64,000 nucleotides of DNA, from the NCBI GenBank assembly GCA_963832165.1, contig CAWHTE010000001.1, forward strand, positions 128,001 through 192,000, in the 5' to 3' direction. A program made the position numbers and the translations under genes. Of the stretch, positions 56,571 to 64,000 are shown piece by piece. Positions within the stretch are counted from its first letter, which is position 1; each line of letters starts with the position of its first letter. The stretch comes from an uncultured delta proteobacterium (GTDB taxonomy: Bacteria; Myxococcota_A; UBA9160; SMWR01). The notes below the pieces were generated by a model, which saw only the letters and a program-made list of their open reading frames with translations, ran no database searches and was not told where the DNA came from.

Positions 56571-59184
56571 GTGCCGTACGATCCCGCAACGATCGAAGCG
56601 AAGTGGCAGGCCTGGTGGCGAGAGAACGAGGTCTTCCGCAGCCAGCTCGACCCGAGCAAGCCCAAGTTCTACGTGCTCGACATGTTCCCGTACCCGTCGG
56701 GCGCCGGGCTGCACGTGGGGCATCCCAAGGGCTACATCGCCACCGACGTCGTGTCGCGCTACAAGCGCATGCGCGGCTTCAACGTGCTGCATCCGATGGG
56801 CTGGGACGCGTTCGGTCTGCCGGCCGAGCAGTACGCGATCGAGACCGGCACCCACCCGCGCGAGACCACCGCGAAGAACATCGCGACGTTCAAGCGCCAG
56901 CTCCAATCGCTCGGCCTCGACTACGACTGGTCGCGCGAGATCGACACCACCGATCCGGGCTACGTCAAATGGACGCAGTGGATCTTCAGACGCCTCTACG
57001 AGATGGGCCTCGCCTATCTCGCCGAGGTGCCCGTGAACTGGTGTCCCGCGCTCGGAACCGTGCTCGCGAACGAAGAGGTGATCGACGGCAAGAGCGAGCG
57101 CGGCGGACACCCCGTGGTGCGCGTGCCGATGCGGCAGTGGATGCTCCGGATCACCGCCTACGCCGACCGCCTGATCGAGGATCTCGATCTCATCGACTGG
57201 CCCGAGTCGATCAAGAAGATGCAGCGCGACTGGGTGGGGCGGTCGGTGGGCGCGCGGATCGAGTTCGACGTGGAGGGCTCCTCGAAGAAGATCGAGGTGT
57301 TCACGACGCGGCCCGACACGCTGTTCGGCGCCACCTATCTCGTGCTCGCGCCCGAGCACCCGCTCGTCGCCGAGCTCACGGCGCCGGACCGGCGCAGCGC
57401 CGTCTCGACCTACGCCGTGCAGGCCGCGCGCCGAAGCGAGCGCACGCGGATCGCGGGCGGTCGCGGAGAAGACGGGCGCGGCGATCGGTGCCCACGCGCT
57501 CCACCCCGTGACCGGGGCACGGATCCCGATCTGGGTCGCCGACTACGTGCTCGCGAGCTACGGCACCGGCGCGATCATGGCCGTGCCCGGCCACGACACG
57601 CGCGACTGGGAGTTCGCGCGCGCGATGGACCTGCCGATCGTCGAGGTGGTCGCGGGCGGCGACGTCGCCGCGGCCGCGTACGAAGGCGACGGCACGAACA
57701 TCAATTCGGATTTCCTGAACGGCCTCGCGACGGAGCCCGCCAAGGAGCGCATGTGCGCGTGGCTCGAAGAGCACGGCCGCGGCCAGCGCGCGGTGAGCTA
57801 CAAGCTGCGCGATTGGCTGTTCTCGCGGCAGCGCTACTGGGGCGAGCCGCTTCCGGTCGTGCACCGCAAGGACGGCAGCACGGCGCTCGTGCCCGAGTCG
57901 GCGCTGCCGGTGCTCCTGCCCGAGCTCGACGACTTCCAGCCGTCGGGAGAATTCGAGACGCCGCTCGCGCGCACCAAGGATTGGATCGAGACGCGCGACC
58001 CCGAGACCGGCGAGCCCGCGCGCCGCGACGCCAACACGATGCCGCAGTGGGCCGGCAGCTGTTGGTACTACCTGCGCTTCTGCGATCCCCGCAACGACAC
58101 GGCGCCGTTCTCGCCCGAGGCCGAGCGCTACTGGATGCCCGTCGATCTCTACGTGGGCGGCGCCGAGCACGCCGTGCTGCATCTCCTTTATGCGCGCTTT
58201 TGGCACAAAGTGCTCTACGACCTCGGCCTCGTGCACACGCTGGAGCCGTTCCAGAAGCTGCTCAATCCGGGCATGGTGCTCGGCTACAGCTACCGCTTCT
58301 ACGACGACGATCCGAGCGACCAGCGCGCAAAGCGCGCGATCCATCCCGCGTCGGCGGTCGTGCTCGACGGGGAAACTCCGCGCCACGCCGAGACCGGCGT
58401 AGAGCTCAAGGAGCGCTGGCTGAACGCCCCCGAGGTGCGCTGGATCGACGAACAGCCCTACCACCCGACCGCCGACGTGCTGCTCGAGACCGTGACCGAG
58501 AAGATGTCGAAGAGCCGCGGCAACGTGGTGAATCCAGACGAGGTGATCGCGCGCTTCGGGACCGACGCCATGCGGCTCTACGAGATGTTCATGGGGCCGA
58601 TCGAGAAGGGCGCGCCGTGGTCGGATGAGGCGATCCCGGGCCTGCACCGCTTTCTACAACGCTCCCATCGCCTGATCACGGGAGACGATGGGGGCGGCGA
58701 GCTCGCGCCCGGCGAAGGCAGCGACGATCAGGCGCGGCTGCTCGCGGAGACGATCGCGGGCGTCACGGACGACGTCGAGCACATGCGCTTCAACACCGCG
58801 ATCTCGAAGCTCATGGTGTTCGTGCGCGACATCGCGCGCGACGCCGCGCTGCCGCGCGAGGGGGCGGACGCGTTCGTGCGCCTGCTGGGTCCGTTCGCGC
58901 CGCACCTCGCCGAGGAGCTCTGGCGCCAGCTCGGCCACACCACTTCGGTCGCGCTCGCGGCCTGGCCCGAGGCCGACCCGGCCCGGCTCGTGCGCGCCGT
59001 GGTCCGGCTCGCCGTGCAGGTGAACGGCAAGCGCCGCGACGAGATCGAGGTGCCAGCCGACGCCGACGAGCCCGCAATCCGAGCCGCCGCCCTGGCATCT
59101 GAGAATGTGCAGCGGCACCTGAACGGGCGATCGCCGAAAAAGGTGATCGTGGTCCCGGGGCGCCTCGTGAACGTGGTCGGCTGA
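56571..59184 (+). CDS. leuS: Leucine--tRNA ligase; frameshift near 57455
   Basis: [49 protein letters not shown]. Confidence 0.95.
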
Positions 59185-59209
59185 AGTCCAGCGGCCTCCG
59201 CTGGTTTTC
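59183..59209 (+). terminator. Probable intrinsic terminator after leuS
   Basis: CCAGCGG-CCT-CCGCTGG followed by TTTT. Confidence 0.6.
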
Positions 59210-59332
59210 GGACCACGTCCGGCGATTTTCGTCCCCGCGGGTCTGTAATTCTTCCACGATCGGCCGATCTAAAGGGTGAGCGGCTGGCGATGGCATCGCC
59301 CATGCAGGGATGTCTCGTAGAAGGAGCTAATC

Positions 59333-59599
59333 GTGGCCCGGAACACTGCTGAAGCGGAAGAGGCCCCCAAAGTTGGAGAAGTGGAAGGGGCAAAACTGGA
59401 CCCGATCAGGGTGGTGAAGCGCTCGCTGACCCGCCCGGACGGCTCCACCGTGGTCGTCGAGGTGCCGGTCTACCCGCCGTTCCGTCTCGCGGAGCGGCCC
59501 ACGAGCCGGAAGCCCCCCGCACGGATGCGGTCTGCACCGTCGCTCAAGCGCAAGCGCACGAGCTCGGGGCAGAAGCAGAGCGAAGCCTCGGAGGACTGA
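59333..59599 (+). CDS. Small hypothetical protein (88 aa), basic C-terminus
   Basis: AAGGAG RBS before GTG; core R.L.RPDG..V.VEVPVYPPF; no family recognised. Confidence 0.6.
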   Translation: MARNTAEAEEAPKVGEVEGAKLDPIRVVKRSLTRPDGSTVVVEVPVYPPFRLAERPTSRKPPARMRSAPSLKRKRTSSGQKQSEASED

Positions 59600-59605
59600 G
59601 CCCGG

Positions 59606-60526
59606 CTAGAGGGCGAGGTCGACGAGCATCGCCAGGAACAGCGCGAACAGGTAGACGAGCGACACGCCGAACGTGCGCCGCGCTGCCGCGTCGCTGCGCT
59701 CCCGCAGCACGCGCACGACGTGCCAGAGGAACCAGGCGTCGAGCGCGATCGCGCAGGCCAGGTAGAACGGTCCGAGCAGGCCCAGCGGCGTCGGTGCGAG
59801 CGTGAACGGCACCAGCGCGATCGCGTAGAGAAGCATGCGCCGGCGCGTGGGCTGATCGCCGATCACGTTCGGGAGCATGGGAATGCCCGCTTTCGCGTAG
59901 TCGTCCTTGCGGAACAGCGCGATCGCCCAGACGTGCGGCGGCTGCCAGAAGAAGATGATCGCGAACAGGAGCCAACCCGCGGCGCCGACGTGCCCGTTCG
60001 CGGCCGCGTCGGCGATCAGCGGCGCCGCTGCGCCGGCCGCGCCGCCGATCACCGCGTTCCACGACGAGCGCGGCTTGAGCCACACCGTGTACACGAACAC
60101 GTAGAACAGGATGCTCGCAACGCCGAGCGCAGCCGCGAGTGGCCCCGCCACGACCTGGAGCAGGAGCGCCGACACGATCGCGAGCGCGAGGCCGAACGCG
60201 AGCGCGGGCGCCGGCGAGATCTCGTGCGCCGGAAGCGGGCGCGTGCGCGTGCGCTCCATCAGCGCGTCGCGGTCGCGCTCGATGTAGCAGTTGAAGGTGT
60301 TCGCGGCGGCCGCAGCAAGCGCGATCCCGAGCAGGGTCGCGGCCACGAACGACGGCGCGGGCCAGCCGCCCGCTGCCATCCCCATCGCGGGCAGCCCCGT
60401 GAAGATCACGAGCAGGAGGATGCGCGGCTTGGTCAGCGCGACGTAGCCGCGGACACTCCCCGCCGTCTGGCGCGCAGCGACGCGGAGCCGAGCGGAGATC
60501 GGTGACGGGAGGGCTGCCTGGGCCAT
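59606..60526 (-). CDS. cyoE: Protoheme IX farnesyltransferase (heme O synthase)
   Basis: LTKPRI, N...ERD.D..M.RT..RP, YT..LK, FFWQPPH, DY..AG.PM. Confidence 0.95.
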   Translation of the reverse strand: MAQAALPSPISARLRVAARQTAGSVRGYVALTKPRILLLVIFTGLPAMGMAAGGWPAPSFVAATLLGIALAAAAANTFNCYIERDRDALMERTRTRPLPAHEISPAPALAFGLALAIVSALLLQVVAGPLAAALGVASILFYVFVYTVWLKPRSSWNAVIGGAAGAAAPLIADAAANGHVGAAGWLLFAIIFFWQPPHVWAIALFRKDDYAKAGIPMLPNVIGDQPTRRRMLLYAIALVPFTLAPTPLGLLGPFYLACAIALDAWFLWHVVRVLRERSDAAARRTFGVSLVYLFALFLAMLVDLAL

Positions 60527-60597
60527 GGCGGGTCGGGGCAGGGGGTAGCACTTGACCCCGTGGCGGTCGACCGAGCCCGCCCCGTCGTCCGGGTATC

Positions 60598-61488
60598 TTG
60601 CGCGCGGTGCCGGTCACCGACCTCGCGCTGGTGCTCCTGTCCGCGTTCCTGCACGCGGTCTGGAGCGTCTCGATCAAGCAGAGCGGCGACCCGCTCTGCT
60701 TCAACCTGCTCCAGGTCTGGATCGCGGCGTGCGGCATGGCCTTCGTGCTGCCGTGGATCCCGTGGCACGCGATCCCCTTGCAGGTCTGGGTGCTCGTGAT
60801 GCTGACCGGGCCCACGCACGCGATCTATCTCTATTGGATGAGCCGCGCGTACGAGCACGGCGACCTCACGCTCGTGTATCCGATCGCGCGCTCGACGCCG
60901 GCGTTCCTGCCGCTCGTGGCGGTGCCGCTGTTCGGCGAGGTGCTCCATCCCATCGGCGGGCTGGGCATCGCGGTGGTGGTGATGGGGATCTGGCTCGTGC
61001 ACCTGGGCCCCGGGTTCGATCGCCCGCGCCTGGTCGGCACGGCGACGCGCTTCGCGCTTCTCACGCTGCTCACGACGGTCGTCTACTCGCTGATCGACAA
61101 GGCCGCGATGGCGCAGCTGGCGGCGGGCGCGTGGCCGAGCCTGCTGCCGCGCGCGATCGCCTACTCGGTACTGCTCCAGCTCGCCCACGCGATCGCGTTC
61201 ACGCCGCTGTTCTTCCGCGCGCGCGATCTCGCCGCGCTGCGCGTGGCCGCGCGCGAGCAGTTCGCGCGCGCAGGCGCCGCGGCGTTGGTCTCGTTCGCGG
61301 GATATGCGCTGATCCTGCGCGCGTTCGAGACCTCGCTCGCGAGCTACGTGGTCGCGGTGCGCCAGTCGAGCGTGCTGTTCGCGGTGGTGCTCGGCGCATT
61401 CTGGCTGCGCGAGCGCCCGAGCCGCCCGCGCATGCTCGGTGCGGCGGCGACGGTGATCGGCGTCGCGCTGATCGCGTGGTTCAGCTAG
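60598..61488 (+). CDS. DMT/EamA family transporter
   Basis: LVL.SA.LHA.W, AY..GD...VYP.AR, A.RQ.S; start possibly GTG 60607. Confidence 0.85.
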   Translation: MRAVPVTDLALVLLSAFLHAVWSVSIKQSGDPLCFNLLQVWIAACGMAFVLPWIPWHAIPLQVWVLVMLTGPTHAIYLYWMSRAYEHGDLTLVYPIARSTPAFLPLVAVPLFGEVLHPIGGLGIAVVVMGIWLVHLGPGFDRPRLVGTATRFALLTLLTTVVYSLIDKAAMAQLAAGAWPSLLPRAIAYSVLLQLAHAIAFTPLFFRARDLAALRVAAREQFARAGAAALVSFAGYALILRAFETSLASYVVAVRQSSVLFAVVLGAFWLRERPSRPRMLGAAATVIGVALIAWFS

Positions 61489-61490
61489 GG

Positions 61491-63980
61491 CTACCGCCGC
61501 GAGCCGACCCGCCGTTCCTCGCGCGGCTGCAGCTCGGCCTCGACGATCGGGCGCAGCCACGGCCCGATGTCGGGATGATCGACCAGGCCCGCACGCAGCA
61601 GGCGATCCGCGCCGATCGCGCGCACTTCCCTCGCGGTACCGGCCTCGCGCGCGCGCCGCGCGTCGCTCTCGGCGTCGCGCTGGTCGAGCGCGTGGATGAT
61701 CTCCTTCACGATCGGCACTGCGCTCGGCGTCACGGAGAGCTCACCGATGCCGAGCCCGACCAGGATCGGCACCGCGAGCGGGTTGCTCGCCATCTCGCCG
61801 CACACCGACACCGGGATGCCCGCGCGCAGCGCGCCGCGCGCGCTGCGGTCGAGCAGCGACAGGACCGCCGGGTGCAGCGGATCGAAGAGATGCGCGATGT
61901 GCTCGTTGCCGCGGTCGACCGCGAGCGTGTACTGGGTGAGGTCGTTGGTGCCGATGCTGAAGAAATCGCACTCTCGCGCGAGCGCGTCCGCGATCAGCGC
62001 CGCGGACGGCACCTCGATCATGATGCCCACGGGCAGCTCGGGGTCGAACGGCCGGCCCGCGGCGCGCATCCCTTCCTTCGTCTCCTCGAGGATCTCGCGC
62101 GCGCGCCGCAGCTCCTCGAGCGACGAGATCATGGGCAGGAGCAGCCGCACGTTTCCGACCGAGCTCGCGCGCAGGATCGCGCGCAGCTGGGCGCGGAACG
62201 CGTCGAGATGGGTGAACGAGAGCCGGATCGAGCGGCAGCCGAGCTGCGGGTTGTCCTCGTGCGGCAGCGCGAGGTTTGCCACCTCCTTGTCGCCGCCGAG
62301 GTCGAGCGTGCGGATCGTGACGGACCGCGGCGCGAGCAGCGTGGCGACGCGCTCGTAGAGCTGCTCCTGCTCCTCTTCCTCGGGGAAGCCGCGGTGTGCC
62401 ACCGCGAGCATCTCGGTCCGGAACAGGCCCACGCCCTCCGCGCCGTGCTGTTCGACCAGGCGCAGGTCGGAGACGAGCCCGCAGTTGGCGGTCAGCGCGA
62501 TGCGCCGGCCGTCGCGCGTCTCGGCCGGCAGCGCGCGCAGTGCGTCAAGGTGTTCGGCCGCGATCTCGAAGCGCTCGCGCGCGCGCTCGTACTCGGCCAC
62601 GAGCCGCTCGTCGGGCGAGAGGAACACCGTGCCTTCACCGCCGTCCACGATCGCGAGCTCGCCGGACCGGATCGCCGCGATCAGCCCCGGCACGCCCGTC
62701 ACCGCGGGGATCTCGAGCGTGCGCGCGAAGATCGCGCCGTGCGAGGTCGGTCCGCCGTGCTCCGAAACGATCGCGGCCACGCGGTCGATGTCGAACCGCG
62801 CGAAGTGTCCCGGCAGCATGTTGTCGGTCACTACGATCGAGCCGCGCTCCATCGTGGGCCGTACGTGGCGGTCGCCGAGCAGCTGCTCCATCACGCGCCG
62901 CCCGATGTCCTCCACGTCCATCATGCGGTCGCGGAAGTAGGGGTCCTGGATCCGGCTGAACGTCTTGCGATAGGCGGAGAGCACGTCGACGAGCGCGCTG
63001 TGCGCGTTACCGGTCTCGTGCACTGCCTTGCGCAGCTTCGTGACGAAGCCCTTGTCTTCGAGGATCTGGATGTGGGTGTGGAAGACCGCCGAGAAGTCGG
63101 GCCCGAACCGGTCGCCGAGCTCCTCGCGGTTGTCGTCGAGGTCGCGGCGCACGAACTGGATCGCCTGGAGAAGGTCGTTCTCCTCGTCGTCGGCGCTTTC
63201 CCGCGGCGCGTACTCGAGCACCGCGAGGTCGAGCGGATTCTCCATGCGATAGATCGGCCCGATCGCGATCCCGCGCGCGGTGCCGATCCCGCGGAACTCG
63301 ACGTTGTGATCGGCGCGCGGCCGCGGGACGCCCGCGATGCGGACGCCGCGGGCCGCGAGCTCAGGTGCGAGCTCTGCGGTGCTGCGCTGGATCGACTCCT
63401 CCGACTCGTCCACGAGCGACAAGAGCCGCGCGTTCATCACGATCGGCGAGATCAGCTGCGCGCAGGTCTGGAACAGGTCGATGTCGTAGGGCTCGAAGGT
63501 GCGGCGCTCGACGGTCTGGATCACGAGCACGCCGATCGTCACGTTGCGCATCAGGAGCGGAACCGCCACGAGCGTCGTGAATCGCTCCTCGCCGGTCTCC
63601 GGGAAGTACTTGTAGTGCGGGTGGTTCTGGGCGTCGTCGCTGACCACGGGCGCGCGCCGCAGCGCGGCCAGACCGACCAGGCCCTCGCCGAGCGGGAGCG
63701 TGACGCGCCCGATCGACTCGCGGTGGAGTCCGTTCGTGGCCGACAGCGTCAGACGCTTGAGGTCGGCCTCCACCAGGTAGATCGAGCACGCGTCCGCATC
63801 CAGGCGCTTGCCGACCAGATCCACCACGTTGCCGAGCGTCTCGTGCAGGTCGTGCGAGCGCGCGACGACCTCAGCGACGTCCGCAAGCAGTGTGACGCGA
63901 TCCGAAATGGACGAAGTCCCCCGCGGCGCGGGTTCGCGGTCGGGGCCCCTCTGCGCGAACCGATCCGGGGATGTTACCAC
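61491..63980 (-). CDS. ptsP: Phosphoenolpyruvate-protein phosphotransferase with N-terminal GAF domain (EI-Ntr)
   Basis: GAF (CSIYL...EGLVG...HP.YKYFPETGEE), GG.TSH.AI, GVGLFRTE, RTLD.GGDK, SIGTNDL.QY, CGE.A. Exact start uncertain. Confidence 0.93.
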   Translation of the reverse strand: MVTSPDRFAQRGPDREPAPRGTSSISDRVTLLADVAEVVARSHDLHETLGNVVDLVGKRLDADACSIYLVEADLKRLTLSATNGLHRESIGRVTLPLGEGLVGLAALRRAPVVSDDAQNHPHYKYFPETGEERFTTLVAVPLLMRNVTIGVLVIQTVERRTFEPYDIDLFQTCAQLISPIVMNARLLSLVDESEESIQRSTAELAPELAARGVRIAGVPRPRADHNVEFRGIGTARGIAIGPIYRMENPLDLAVLEYAPRESADDEENDLLQAIQFVRRDLDDNREELGDRFGPDFSAVFHTHIQILEDKGFVTKLRKAVHETGNAHSALVDVLSAYRKTFSRIQDPYFRDRMMDVEDIGRRVMEQLLGDRHVRPTMERGSIVVTDNMLPGHFARFDIDRVAAIVSEHGGPTSHGAIFARTLEIPAVTGVPGLIAAIRSGELAIVDGGEGTVFLSPDERLVAEYERARERFEIAAEHLDALRALPAETRDGRRIALTANCGLVSDLRLVEQHGAEGVGLFRTEMLAVAHRGFPEEEEQEQLYERVATLLAPRSVTIRTLDLGGDKEVANLALPHEDNPQLGCRSIRLSFTHLDAFRAQLRAILRASSVGNVRLLLPMISSLEELRRAREILEETKEGMRAAGRPFDPELPVGIMIEVPSAALIADALARECDFFSIGTNDLTQYTLAVDRGNEHIAHLFDPLHPAVLSLLDRSARGALRAGIPVSVCGEMASNPLAVPILVGLGIGELSVTPSAVPIVKEIIHALDQRDAESDARRAREAGTAREVRAIGADRLLRAGLVDHPDIGPWLRPIVEAELQPREERRVGSRR

Positions 63981-64000
63981 CCGGACCGGGAGGATCGGTG

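Noticed and set aside
56571..59184. leuS as a pseudogene or naturally split LeuRS
   Set aside because: A single-base offset with contiguous homology and no RBS for a second subunit; similar indels occur in other genes.

Overview
A very GC-rich bacterial chromosomal segment with about 60 densely packed genes. Gene content (PEP-CTERM, Flp pilin, many lipid-catabolic enzymes, RRM protein) resembles Myxococcota/Deltaproteobacteria-type genomes; this is inference only. No rRNA, tRNA, CRISPR array or transposase was recognised. Housekeeping genes include leuS, frdABCD, aguAB, cyoE/ctaB, ptsP, a PPDK/PEPS regulatory protein, bolA, hsp20 and a pabB/trpE-like gene. The most striking locus is a TetR-containing divergent cluster (4744-13083). 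It encodes a 1271-aa four-domain fusion (FGGY kinase + D-2-hydroxyacid dehydrogenase + SCP2 + class II aldolase), an SCP2-fused class III aminotransferase, an SDR and a Zn-dependent dehydrogenase. I infer a catabolic pathway for a lipid carrying an amino-polyol head. Other notable signals are: (i) a vWA-PspA operon divergent from a two-component system, where the vWA protein and the sensor kinase share the peptide LRSLGY[I/V]DGGV; (ii) a dispersed REP-like repeat with GNA-triloop hairpins that nests within itself and contributes C-terminal tails to unrelated proteins; (iii) an orphan TIR-like gene; (iv) a four-gene acyl-CoA dehydrogenase cluster. Five genes, including essential leuS, are frameshifted, most likely from sequencing or assembly indels.
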